From a virus, in IMG/VR virus record IMGVR_UViG_3300031454_000001, positions 7,546 to 71,545 of that record: a stretch of DNA of 64,000 bases; one strand, given 5' to 3'. The notes under the pieces were generated by a model. The model worked only from the letters and a program-made list of their open reading frames with translations, was not told where the DNA came from and made no database searches. Both the position numbers and the translations under genes were made by a program. This document shows positions 26,292 through 36,566 of the stretch, one piece after another. Position 1 is the stretch's first letter; every line of letters begins with the position of its first letter.

Positions 26292-27551
26292 TCACTTCAG
26301 TTCCTTTGGATATTTTCTATGATCCGTATTGTAATTAAATATTCTGTCGCTAATTATTCCGGGTACAACTACCACTGGAGTTGAAGTGTTGTTTCCTATA
26401 ACAAATCCGTTATTAGCTACCTTCAAGTTGAAGATTCTTAACTGGTCTACCTCCTTCGCCAATGTAATTGGGTTCGGATAGTGATATGAGGCACTGGAAT
26501 TTACGTTAATAGGAGAGCCACTTACAAACACTTCATCTTGCCTATCAGTAAACGGTTGATTTACTCCCGGACGAACATACCCAACTGAATCGTCCGTCAT
26601 ATCTATGTCATGAAATACGGAAGGATAAGCAACATTTGATCCATTCCATATAGAACGTCCTCCCCAAAAATAGTATGACTGAACTCCATTAGGAAATAAT
26701 CCGGAAGATAAAATTGTGTTGTGATAAGAATGAATGTCATGACCAGCATTGACATTAATACCACCGTTACAGACTGAGACTACCTGATTATTGTAGATAC
26801 GAATCCACTGTGAAACATTTGTTGCTAAGTTGTGACCTCCTTCTCCTTCGACTGTTATTCCTGATCCGGTGTAAGATGAGCCCCCGTAACTACTAGGCGG
26901 GTAAGCGCCTTTTATATAATTATCGTGAATTAAGAAAGGCCGTGCTTGAGTAGCAACTACGTTTCCTAGATTGATATTATCCTCAATCCAGGAACTATCC
27001 AATAAGTTCTCAAATTTATTCCATGCAATTTCTCCTTTAATTCCTTGAGGAATATCCACCGTGTTGAATAAAATAGAAGCGCGGTGCCCCCCTTCAGATC
27101 CATCAACATTTCTCTTGTCTGTATTTCTAATTAGGTTGTATTTAATACTGACTGAATCGGTATTCTCATCACCATGATCTACGATAATACCTCCTGTATG
27201 TTCTACGTAATTATGTTCAAAGACAAAAGTTTGAGGGTGATAAATGTCAACAGCTCGTCCCCATTGGTCGTTGTTGATCGGAGTTTGCCCTACGATATTT
27301 GTGTATTTGACTGTGAGCTTTGCTCCCCCGTAAGCCTGTATACCAATACCCGAAGACTTGATATTTGAATTAATAATTATTACTGGGGCATAACAGTTAA
27401 TTCGAACCGCTGCGGTGTTACCGTCAGCTTTCCAGTTTCCGGTGTAGGTTCCTCCAACCGTAATATAAATTGCGGAATCGTACACGATTTGAGCCTTGGT
27501 AGTACCAGAGACTAGTAGAAAAAGTAATATTTTAATAAAAGCAACTTTCAC
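26292..27551 (-). CDS. Beta-helix protein with signal peptide and conserved C-terminal tag
   Basis: Signal MKVAFIKILLFLLVSGTTKA-Q; Asn/Ile-rich beta-helix repeats; ends DRIFNYNTDHRKYPKELK. Confidence 0.75.
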   Translation of the reverse strand: MKVAFIKILLFLLVSGTTKAQIVYDSAIYITVGGTYTGNWKADGNTAAVRINCYAPVIIINSNIKSSGIGIQAYGGAKLTVKYTNIVGQTPINNDQWGRAVDIYHPQTFVFEHNYVEHTGGIIVDHGDENTDSVSIKYNLIRNTDKRNVDGSEGGHRASILFNTVDIPQGIKGEIAWNKFENLLDSSWIEDNINLGNVVATQARPFLIHDNYIKGAYPPSSYGGSSYTGSGITVEGEGGHNLATNVSQWIRIYNNQVVSVCNGGINVNAGHDIHSYHNTILSSGLFPNGVQSYYFWGGRSIWNGSNVAYPSVFHDIDMTDDSVGYVRPGVNQPFTDRQDEVFVSGSPINVNSSASYHYPNPITLAKEVDQLRIFNLKVANNGFVIGNNTSTPVVVVPGIISDRIFNYNTDHRKYPKELK

Positions 27552-27553
27552 CC

Positions 27554-29677
27554 TTACTTCAGTTGTTTTGGATATTTTCTATGATCTGTATTGTATAAGA
27601 ATATTCTGTCATTAACCGCCGCAGGGATTACTGCCTGAGCGACATATGTAACTTGTGTGCCCATAAAGCCATCCATTGGCTGAAGCAGGATACCGTCGGT
27701 ATAATTGTTAATGCCATCCATACTTCTGTAAGTCTTACCGGCAAATGGCACAAGTTGAGCTGTCTGAGATGTATTGTAAAATATTTTCATACTATCAGCG
27801 TTAACTTGCCTGAACGTAGAAGCAGCATCATAACCATATCTTGCGGTCCAGGTAGTCCTACTTGAATAATTTGCATCAGCCCCTACAAAGTTTGTATTGT
27901 TAGGTTTCATGTAGAAGTTGTTATTAAAACTTCCCCAGGTACCCTGGTTGTTAGTATTACTTTCAAGAAAAAGTGCGTAAGAAACAAAACCTAAATAGGA
28001 GCTTACATTGTTTCCGGTATAAAGATTATTAGAGGAAACGTTCATATTCGAAGTAAAAAATCCCTGACTAGTTCCTATCCCATCCTGATGAAGCTGAAGG
28101 GCTGCTTCATCTCTGTTATTAAACACGTTGTTATACTGTACTATTTGGCTGCCAGGATTGTGTAAATAAATACCCGCCCTTGAATTAGCAACAACTGTGT
28201 TATACTTTACGTCAACATATTGCGTAATATCATCATTGTATATCCCCGGCATTCCTCCATTTGCTGTACCAGTAGGTTCAGACCTTTTATCTCCAACACC
28301 ATTTAAAACTACGTTGTGAACAACTTGACGTTGAAAAGCGCTTGTTTCGTTATCATAGTTTGTGTAAATACCGCCGCCATCTGTTAACATTTGACCGTGA
28401 CCATCTACGTAATTATAAGAGATAATTGCTCTACCGCCCTGCCATCTGATGCCGCAATATCCTGAGTTATAAACATAGTTACGACTAATTAAAAGGTCAG
28501 TAGTATTTCCTACATTTTCCACACAGATACCATCGTGTTGTTGATTATTAGATCCTCCTAAACCTTCCCAAATCCCTGAATTATTTATAGTACTATTAGT
28601 TACTGTTATGGCGGGGCAATGTCTTATATCAATGCCGCAGTTCATTGATTTATTAATGTTACAACTATCAACAATGATATTTGAGCTAGGATATCTGCCT
28701 AAACCATCGTTTACAAGAATTGAACTATAGCCGACCATTTCGAATTTACAGCTAACAATCTTTATTCTATCAACATACTGACCAAATATGCTCGCAGAAT
28801 CTTGTCCAGTAAAGGACAAGTTTCTGAATACATAATCTGTTTTGTGCGTTCCAGAATTGCCAACAATGCTAAATGCGAAGTTTGAAGTAGCTGCTTTTAA
28901 ACCTAAACCACCAGGATTTGAAGTCGAATAAACTCTAAGAGTTTGGGCAGACGAATTATAAAACCATTCATTTTGTACATCTAATGTAGCTGGGTGTTTC
29001 TGCATAAAAAATTTCCAATTATCTTCAGCAGGGTGGCCGTTTGTTGTTGCATAACCAGCTGTATTTCCAGAGTGAGAAATAATAGGCACGCGATCTAAAT
29101 TATAATCATTTAACCTTATTACCATTTCAGCACTTAACCAGTTTTGATTACCTACTGGTATATCAGTACTTGTAATAGTCTGTCCTGTATAGCCAGTAAA
29201 GAAGTCGCCACCTGTATAATTTACGTGAGTATTAACCGTAAAATAAGCTCCTGTATTTGGAGTACGCCCTGGCATAATCGGAGTTGTACCAATAGCAACC
29301 AAGTCCAAATTTAATCCAGAGTTCACATTAGCTTGCCAGATGTTTGTTGTAATGTTTGTCCATGAACCAGTGCTGGAGAGATCGGAGTATCCAGAAAGAA
29401 TAGCCGGTAAAGTTCCGTTGTAAGTCGTAAAAGTAATAGGAAGATCGTTTACGCCACTACCAATAATATTGGCTTCTCCTGCTATAGTTTCTCCCGACTT
29501 AAAATAAACAAAATCTCCAGGAGCAAGGTTTATAGAGTTTAACTTATTTAAAGTTTGCCAGGGAGCCCCAATCGTACCTGCTGCGGAGTTATTACCGCTC
29601 GAAGAGAAGTAGTAAGACGCAGCAAAACCACGTTGTCCAGCAGCCAATAAAAACAATATGGTCAGCAGTTTCATCAT
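27554..29677 (-). CDS. Beta-helix (polysaccharide lyase-like) protein with signal peptide and conserved C-terminal tag
   Basis: ASYYFSSSGNNSAAGTIGAPWQTLNKLN...PGDFVYFKSGE; LTDGGGIY; ends DRIFLYNTDHRKYPKQLK. Confidence 0.8.
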   Translation of the reverse strand: MMKLLTILFLLAAGQRGFAASYYFSSSGNNSAAGTIGAPWQTLNKLNSINLAPGDFVYFKSGETIAGEANIIGSGVNDLPITFTTYNGTLPAILSGYSDLSSTGSWTNITTNIWQANVNSGLNLDLVAIGTTPIMPGRTPNTGAYFTVNTHVNYTGGDFFTGYTGQTITSTDIPVGNQNWLSAEMVIRLNDYNLDRVPIISHSGNTAGYATTNGHPAEDNWKFFMQKHPATLDVQNEWFYNSSAQTLRVYSTSNPGGLGLKAATSNFAFSIVGNSGTHKTDYVFRNLSFTGQDSASIFGQYVDRIKIVSCKFEMVGYSSILVNDGLGRYPSSNIIVDSCNINKSMNCGIDIRHCPAITVTNSTINNSGIWEGLGGSNNQQHDGICVENVGNTTDLLISRNYVYNSGYCGIRWQGGRAIISYNYVDGHGQMLTDGGGIYTNYDNETSAFQRQVVHNVVLNGVGDKRSEPTGTANGGMPGIYNDDITQYVDVKYNTVVANSRAGIYLHNPGSQIVQYNNVFNNRDEAALQLHQDGIGTSQGFFTSNMNVSSNNLYTGNNVSSYLGFVSYALFLESNTNNQGTWGSFNNNFYMKPNNTNFVGADANYSSRTTWTARYGYDAASTFRQVNADSMKIFYNTSQTAQLVPFAGKTYRSMDGINNYTDGILLQPMDGFMGTQVTYVAQAVIPAAVNDRIFLYNTDHRKYPKQLK

Positions 29678-32600
29678 AAGTTACCTCCCACCATATACCA
29701 ATTTCCGCCAGACGCTCTTATTCGTACATTCTTGTGTGTAGGAAGGGACACGAGCGAAGTAAATCCCGCCCAGTAAAGAATACCACCGTTTGCATCAATT
29801 GGTTTGCCTGACGTGTATATGTTTATTGAAGTGTTCCCCACGTTATTTATTTCTATTGTCCTGCCCTGATTTGCCACCGGTGATGGAAGGTATATAGTAT
29901 CCGCAGAATACGCATACACTGAGCCGGTAGTGTCGTTAATAGCAAAAGTTCCTGATGTGTTTACGATTTGCACGCCTGTTTGTGCAAGTGTTATTCTGAT
30001 TAGCGTATCACCTACATAAGCTATCATTAAACCCGGGCCGTTACCTATTGACCGTAACGAATCCACATTAGGAGATACACTTCTGTATATCTTAGCCCCG
30101 CCGCCCTGCTGAACGATTGTATGAATGGTGGCAGCGGTTGTAGACGAATCTATAGTAACTAATAATTGCGCCCGTATCCTGTCAGCATAAGCGGTAGTGG
30201 CTATTTGTGTATTATTTGTATTTGCACTTGCAGTCGGTGTTGTAGGTGTTCCTGTTAATGCAGGCGAGGCCAGTGGCGCCTTTAAACCAAATGCCGTATT
30301 TAAATCCGTTTGGTTTGCAAGTGTTCCTGTGATTGAGCCCCATGTAGCTGCCGATCCGGTTCCACCAGTATACTGAGGAATATTTAATGTGTTCCCTGTT
30401 AAGGTTGAAGGACCAGACGTTCCGGTAGTAGTAATTGTAAGTCCTGTTTGTTTTGTGTTAATAGCAGCCGCCAGTAATGCACTATCCCTTCTTACTCTAT
30501 ACAAAGAAGAAAGGAATTTTGTAGTATCGCCGCCACCTGGTGAACCCAATGTGAAGTCTCCCTTAAGGGTAGAATCGACATATATTGAAGCGCTTCCACC
30601 AGTTCCGCTGGGTGGCGTAGCCCATGTTCCATCTCCACGTAAATATGTAGTTGCTGATTGTGTTCCAGTAGCGGCAATAGAATTTACAGGCACTGTGCCT
30701 GCACCATAACGAGCAGCTGCGAATACTCCTGATGAAACATCTGTAGCTGTATGATTGTGAGTAATTGATGCTTTACCTGAGAGCGCAGTATTAAGATCAG
30801 ATTGTGAACTTAGTATACCTGTAATTGATCCCCAAACAGGGGGTCCAGCACTTCCGCTGACAGTACTTGATCCTGTTCTGAGTGTATCTTTTGAGCCATT
30901 TTGCCTTGTGAAAGCAGTCCTGCTACTATCGCCTGGCAGAGATGCAAAACTTATATAAGGTGAAGGTGGAGCAATATAACCATAAAATTCAAGTTCGTAT
31001 ACTGCTAACTGATAGACACCTGATGCATTAAAAAGTCGAATATATTTGTAAGGAGTTAGTGAATCAATCGTATAAGAACTCCATTGAAAAAACGGCGCGT
31101 TCGGTAGTGTAAAGAGGTCAACATAACCTGAAGTTGGCGAAGTATTAGAACCTTGTATTTTAGTTCCTGTAATAGGTTGTCCTGTAAAAGGTCTGATTCT
31201 AACTTTTGTTATGACATTTGGTGCTGTTAATGTCAAACCAACAAACGTATTAGGATCACTGTCTACAGCAACCGAAACATAAGCAGTCGTAATATCATTA
31301 TCAAAAGCCTTATCAAATGTATAAGGCGGATTTGCACCGGGCGAACTTTCAAAAGGAGTTCCTGTAAGTTTGTTTGAGTTGGGTAATAAGGTATTACTAA
31401 TACTATAAGGATCTGTTGATATACCTGTACCGGTTACTTTTATACCACCTCCGCCAGTCACTTTACCAAAATCTAAGTCTTCTGTCCAGGCTAATGTTTT
31501 AACCGTTCGATAAGCCGGGTTATCAGATGACGGCCGATTGGTGACACCCTGAATATGTCGTAACTCATCGTTAAACCATAGTTGTCCTACAGGCGTACTT
31601 GCAAATCCTCCATTATGTAGTGCTATCGATACTGCATTACTAAGTAAGGGAATTCTAATACCATTTGTGGATGATTCAATATTAAGTGGAATTCCTGATG
31701 GTATTGGATAAACATTGCTGAATCCGCCTGATCCATAAACCGCAGCATTGAAAATGTTTTGGCTACCTGTAAAACTGGTATTGCCTCGCACAGTAAGATT
31801 GTTGGTAATATCAAGGGGAGCACCCATGTCTATTCCTAAAACATCATTTCTAAAAACCATTCCTTTACCTGAAGTCCAATCGCCGGACGTACCCGAAATT
31901 TCCATGTTGGCTCTACCTCCCTGATCTGCATAACGGTTTTTGATCATAATACCGCCCGCCTTAGCAGGTGATGCTGTTTGGTTCCAAAAAGCCACACCAC
32001 CATTATATTCGCCTGTTAAGAAGTTGCTTGCCCCGTTTCCATCAACAAAGAGTTGATTTGAAATATTTGGAGTATTTACACTGATTCTTTTTGTCAGTAA
32101 TAAGCTTGATTTAATTGGAGGCGCATTATAAAATATCTCATGTAAGTTCTGAGTTGAAAGAGCTTTGGCATCAGCAACGGGTTTGAGTAAATACATCTTA
32201 GGCGCAACTGCTGCAGCCCACACCTTATATCCCAAGTCATTGTAGTGTACCACATCTCCAGGAGCCATTAAAGAGGTAGGCGGTATTTTATGACTATAAT
32301 CTACAACATCCTGCGGTATCTCTGGGTTATATGCCTCCACCAAACCAGTAAATACGTCTGCATAACGAACGCCATACGTTGCCTGCAAATGCGCATTTAG
32401 CGTATCTAGTCCGTTGCGCTCCGGTGCGCCCTTCCAGAACGTTGATGAAGATTGACCGGGTACAGAAGTTATTAAATACCTGTTATGTCCAATCGCCGCC
32501 ACAGCCGCTGCAATATCAGCCTCAACAGTAGGCCGATCTCCCAAATTATTTTCACCCATTTCGAAAATAAAGGAGTTGAAGCGTTTTAAAGGATCAGCTG

Positions 32601-33204
32601 CTATATCAGCAAGAAGCCTGTTCTTTATTTGCGTTGAACTTTGTCCAGGTATACTAAAGGAAACCACATCATAACCTGAAATATTAGTTAACCATTGAGC
32701 TATAGGCACACCATTTGGATGTGATGTTGTCGTTGTACCTCCTGAGCTATATCCTAACGAGTTGCCATACCAGTTCACATGCATTGCGCCACGTATATCA
32801 GTCGAATCGGCTGCAAGACTTATAGGCGCAGAACCTGAATTTTTAATCACTAAATTAATATCTGCAACACCATCTTTATACAAGTATTCGTTCATCGTTC
32901 CACCTGTCCAAACACCTGCTGATAGTGATCCACCGCTATGAACATAAATCGGAAAGTATCCCTTTCTTTTGGTAGCTGTGTTAAAATAAGCGTTAGCTTC
33001 CGCAACACTCTGAAAGTCTCTCCATGTTGCAGGAAAGATAGTAGTATCATGATATTGACTACGTGCATCAAGAGCGAAACCGCTGATGCCTACAGGCTGG
33101 TTTCGGCCGGGTACACCATCAACGGAAGGCGAAAAAACCCTTTGCTGTCCGGATACGATACCCGAAGCCAAAACAAATAATATGATTAATATTTTTTTCA
33201 TCAT
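29674..33204 (-). CDS. Mosaic tail-fibre-like protein with SGNH hydrolase and F5/8-type (discoidin) domains, with signal peptide
   Basis: GNSLG, GENN and D.VHYNDLGY (SGNH); KAFDND (F5/8); LASPALTGTPTTPT..NNTQIATTAY fibre motif. Confidence 0.8.
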   Translation of the reverse strand: MMKKILIILFVLASGIVSGQQRVFSPSVDGVPGRNQPVGISGFALDARSQYHDTTIFPATWRDFQSVAEANAYFNTATKRKGYFPIYVHSGGSLSAGVWTGGTMNEYLYKDGVADINLVIKNSGSAPISLAADSTDIRGAMHVNWYGNSLGYSSGGTTTTSHPNGVPIAQWLTNISGYDVVSFSIPGQSSTQIKNRLLADIAADPLKRFNSFIFEMGENNLGDRPTVEADIAAAVAAIGHNRYLITSVPGQSSSTFWKGAPERNGLDTLNAHLQATYGVRYADVFTGLVEAYNPEIPQDVVDYSHKIPPTSLMAPGDVVHYNDLGYKVWAAAVAPKMYLLKPVADAKALSTQNLHEIFYNAPPIKSSLLLTKRISVNTPNISNQLFVDGNGASNFLTGEYNGGVAFWNQTASPAKAGGIMIKNRYADQGGRANMEISGTSGDWTSGKGMVFRNDVLGIDMGAPLDITNNLTVRGNTSFTGSQNIFNAAVYGSGGFSNVYPIPSGIPLNIESSTNGIRIPLLSNAVSIALHNGGFASTPVGQLWFNDELRHIQGVTNRPSSDNPAYRTVKTLAWTEDLDFGKVTGGGGIKVTGTGISTDPYSISNTLLPNSNKLTGTPFESSPGANPPYTFDKAFDNDITTAYVSVAVDSDPNTFVGLTLTAPNVITKVRIRPFTGQPITGTKIQGSNTSPTSGYVDLFTLPNAPFFQWSSYTIDSLTPYKYIRLFNASGVYQLAVYELEFYGYIAPPSPYISFASLPGDSSRTAFTRQNGSKDTLRTGSSTVSGSAGPPVWGSITGILSSQSDLNTALSGKASITHNHTATDVSSGVFAAARYGAGTVPVNSIAATGTQSATTYLRGDGTWATPPSGTGGSASIYVDSTLKGDFTLGSPGGGDTTKFLSSLYRVRRDSALLAAAINTKQTGLTITTTGTSGPSTLTGNTLNIPQYTGGTGSAATWGSITGTLANQTDLNTAFGLKAPLASPALTGTPTTPTASANTNNTQIATTAYADRIRAQLLVTIDSSTTAATIHTIVQQGGGAKIYRSVSPNVDSLRSIGNGPGLMIAYVGDTLIRITLAQTGVQIVNTSGTFAINDTTGSVYAYSADTIYLPSPVANQGRTIEINNVGNTSINIYTSGKPIDANGGILYWAGFTSLVSLPTHKNVRIRASGGNWYMVGGNL

Positions 33205-35519
33205 TGCTTTAATTGAACGGCGTCAGTATATGTTAATACAAATTCAGCCACGGTTGAATAATATCTATATGGTCCTACAGTCCACGCACGGAAAACACCT
33301 GGAATTATTCCTGAGTTGTCTGAGTTATGGTAGTAACTTGTTTTAGGATTTTCTGTTACAGCTTCCCTGAACACTAAAAATTTATCTGCTGCCGCTGCCG
33401 GAAAGAAAACAGAGATATCTGTATTATGTGTAATGTTGGTAGTTATTGCATTTTCTATAGTTGGAGCCGTGGTTCCGTTTATATACGGATTAGTAGCCGA
33501 ATATCCGTAAGTAAATACTATTGCTGTTACTGTAGTTACTATCAGCACAGCAGTTGAGCTGGTTATAGTGCCTGCATTACTATCATTAATAATTGCTTTA
33601 TAATTATCGGAATCACCTGTGGCAGCGGAGTTTATAGTAAATGTATTAGAAATAGCTCCTGGAATATTAACGTTGTTCTTTTGCCATTGATAAGCGTATG
33701 GAGTTGTGCCTCCGGAAACAGCCACCGAAAAGGTTACCGGTGAACCCACGATAACCTGTTGAGACACAGGCTGGGTTACAATAGTTAATGATGGGTTTGT
33801 AACAGCCAGCACCGCTACCGCACTGGTTACTGTAGCAGAAGCAGTATCGGTAACCACCAAACGGTAATTGCCGGCGTCTGACAATACTAAAGAAGGTATG
33901 GTATAAGATGAAGATGTAGCCCCAGATATATTAACACCATTTTTCTGCCATTGGTAAGTATAGGGAGAAGTTCCACCGGATGCTACTGCTGAAAAAGTTA
34001 CTGATTCGCCGGTAATTTTGCTTGAATTTTGTGGGGCAGTAACGGCTAAACTGATATATGGATTTACTACTAAAATGGCTACACCGCTTGTAGTGGTAGA
34101 TGAAACCGCATCAGTTACTAAAAGCTGATAATTACCACCGTCTACTAAACTTAATGAAGGGATTGTATAAGAAGCGCTAGTGGCCCCTAAAATATTGGTT
34201 CCATTTTTTTGCCACTGGTAAGTATAAGGGCCCGTACCTCCCGATGCTGTTGCGGAAAATGTTACTGATTGACCAACTATTTTGGTAAATCCGGTAGGAG
34301 TTGTTACCGCTAATGCTACATATGGATTCACCGTTAATGTAGCGGTATTACTGCTTATGATAGAATTATCTAAAGAATGGATCACAACATCATAAGAACC
34401 AGCATTACCAATGATGGTAGATAAAAAAGAAAGCGAAGATGCAGTGGCTCCAGGAATGTTTATACCATTTTTTCTCCATTGATAGGTGTATGGCGCAAAG
34501 CTGCCGGAGGCTACAACGGTAAATGTTACCGCGTTACGTTCAACAACTGTTTGAGATATTGGCTGTGTGGTTATGGATAAGGGCAATATGCCACTTTGAG
34601 TTTGCGAACCACATCCACAACCGCAAAAATCAGTAAAAGAATACGTATTTATAATATTATTTGTAACGCTATAAACATGGGATATGCCATTATTTATTAC
34701 CTGATAAATTTCATCAATCATATCCTTGATGTCCACCCTGTTTGCCCCGCAATTCCCACGTTGGCGAAAGTGCTCAAACAAAATAAAGGCATACATATAA
34801 TTTGTCTTATAATCATCTTTGCCCTCCTTGCAGCAAGGGTCTTTTATGTATTTCAGTTTGTAAGCAGTGAGCTTAATCCAAAGTTCATTTAAGGTTAAGG
34901 GTATTTCAGTGACGTAATACGCAGATAGCGTTATCTTATCTATAATTGAAGCCCATGAATAACCTTTGATGGGATATGTTATGGTTGAAGATAGTGTAAC
35001 ATTATATTTTGAATCATAATAAAATCCTTGGTAAGCCAAATCAAATTCAGCACTACCCGTGCCGGTAATTGCTGCTATAGTCTGAATTATAGCTGACCAC
35101 GATCTTACAATTACAGGAGTGCCAAAATTTGGTAATGCATACGCTGTTTGGTCATAAACTTTAAGGCTTGGAGTAAATACATCAAAGGAATTCTTTAATG
35201 ATAGTTTAGGGGCTTCATAATAAACTGAAAACGTTTTAGTGAGTACATTAGGGCCTGTATAACTTGGATGGGCAACCGTAAATGTCACACTATATAAACC
35301 CTTCTGAAAATTTCTGTCTGTTGCAAGCCTTAATTCAGCATTAAGAGAAGCGCCACTTACAGTAATCCCATCAGGTTGGGTTATTGAAAAAATAGAAGAT
35401 GTAATGCCCGCAGCAACGCCAGCTGGATATGCGCTTGTATTAACTAAATTAATGGCAGGTAATGAATCTGACTTATTTAGGGCTACTGTAAAATCAAGAT
35501 ACGAATTCAGGTCTGCCAT
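33201..35519 (-). CDS. Virion protein with four Ig-like domains
   Basis: Four VTF.V.ASG...PY.YQW.KN..NI.GA repeats. Confidence 0.8.
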   Translation of the reverse strand: MADLNSYLDFTVALNKSDSLPAINLVNTSAYPAGVAAGITSSIFSITQPDGITVSGASLNAELRLATDRNFQKGLYSVTFTVAHPSYTGPNVLTKTFSVYYEAPKLSLKNSFDVFTPSLKVYDQTAYALPNFGTPVIVRSWSAIIQTIAAITGTGSAEFDLAYQGFYYDSKYNVTLSSTITYPIKGYSWASIIDKITLSAYYVTEIPLTLNELWIKLTAYKLKYIKDPCCKEGKDDYKTNYMYAFILFEHFRQRGNCGANRVDIKDMIDEIYQVINNGISHVYSVTNNIINTYSFTDFCGCGCGSQTQSGILPLSITTQPISQTVVERNAVTFTVVASGSFAPYTYQWRKNGINIPGATASSLSFLSTIIGNAGSYDVVIHSLDNSIISSNTATLTVNPYVALAVTTPTGFTKIVGQSVTFSATASGGTGPYTYQWQKNGTNILGATSASYTIPSLSLVDGGNYQLLVTDAVSSTTTSGVAILVVNPYISLAVTAPQNSSKITGESVTFSAVASGGTSPYTYQWQKNGVNISGATSSSYTIPSLVLSDAGNYRLVVTDTASATVTSAVAVLAVTNPSLTIVTQPVSQQVIVGSPVTFSVAVSGGTTPYAYQWQKNNVNIPGAISNTFTINSAATGDSDNYKAIINDSNAGTITSSTAVLIVTTVTAIVFTYGYSATNPYINGTTAPTIENAITTNITHNTDISVFFPAAAADKFLVFREAVTENPKTSYYHNSDNSGIIPGVFRAWTVGPYRYYSTVAEFVLTYTDAVQLKQ

Positions 35520-35611
35520 TAAATTAATAATTGAAAATCATTACTAATATTCCCCTTATAGGTGGAAACCATCGGGGCACCCTTTTAAAACCCAGGAAAT
35601 CTAAAGTTTGA

Positions 35612-36508
35612 TTATTCAGTTACTTCTGCGGGTTTGGTTTGTTCTTTTATAAGTGCATTATTATGCTTACGAATACCGCTCATTACATTATCACCAGCCT
35701 TTCCATTCAATCTCAACCACTCTGTAAATAAATCAACATGATTGCGTCCGTCTTCTCTTAACAGTGAGGCTATGGCAGTTCCTTCCGGAGTATTCCCCCA
35801 CTTTATTCTGTGGGTTGCTACGTCGTAGGAAATAATCCCTTTGGTTAAGGCGCTTTTTATTAAGGCTTTATCCTTCAAATTCGGGTCTTGCCAGAACTTG
35901 ATGAAAGCGGACGGCTTTGTTTGGGCGAATTCGCCTAATTGGTCTTGCAGCATTTCCAAATCCTCCTTTTCGTTCCATGCCATTGCTGCTGCGAATTCCC
36001 TTATTTCTTCTTCCTTCATGCCACTTGCATAAGTAAGAGCAATTTGCAGGTCACTGCGGGAACTCATTCTTTTCAGAGCATCTTTCTTAGCATCTATTCT
36101 GCGAAAAACAGGTATCACACTTGTATCCCGGTTGGGATTACTTTCATTATCATTAGTAAGTTCAAGGAATTCATACATCTCTTCCTGGTCAATATTTCCA
36201 CCCTGGCAAAGAAGTATTCCCGATGCTGCACCAGGCAGATAAAATGATTTTGTGATGATCACTTCATTACGATGTTCGTCCAGTTGTTTTTTAGAAAAAA
36301 CACCAACATCGACGGGATCATTTTTACCTGGGTCGTAAATACGATCCTTTGTTTTTATCTTCCTTGAAAAAGGATAATTTATTTTCCCGGGCTTATTCCA
36401 ATCCGGCATCCCATAACTGTAAAAAAAATATTCTACAACTTCACCTTTCTTTAATTTTACCGGCTTAATAGCTTCTGATACGTTATTAAAATCTCCAATT
36501 ACTTTCAT
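35612..36508 (-). CDS. Conserved virion-associated protein downstream of MCP
   Basis: 298-aa ORF; position after capsid gene. Confidence 0.6.
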   Translation of the reverse strand: MKVIGDFNNVSEAIKPVKLKKGEVVEYFFYSYGMPDWNKPGKINYPFSRKIKTKDRIYDPGKNDPVDVGVFSKKQLDEHRNEVIITKSFYLPGAASGILLCQGGNIDQEEMYEFLELTNDNESNPNRDTSVIPVFRRIDAKKDALKRMSSRSDLQIALTYASGMKEEEIREFAAAMAWNEKEDLEMLQDQLGEFAQTKPSAFIKFWQDPNLKDKALIKSALTKGIISYDVATHRIKWGNTPEGTAIASLLREDGRNHVDLFTEWLRLNGKAGDNVMSGIRKHNNALIKEQTKPAEVTE

Positions 36509-36534
36509 AGATTTTATATGAGGGTTATTAAAAA

Positions 36535-36557
36535 AAGAGGGGCAGAAAAGCCCCTCT
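36535..36557 (-). terminator. Intrinsic terminator after major capsid gene
   Basis: AGAGGGGC-TTTTCT-GCCCCTCT followed by T-tract on the minus strand. Confidence 0.75.
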
Positions 36558-36566
36558 CATTAACTT

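Noticed and set aside
26292-27610. Diversity-generating retroelement (TR/VR) explanation for the 57-nt duplicated ends
   Set aside because: No reverse transcriptase in the window, both copies are coding, and mismatches are not restricted to adenines
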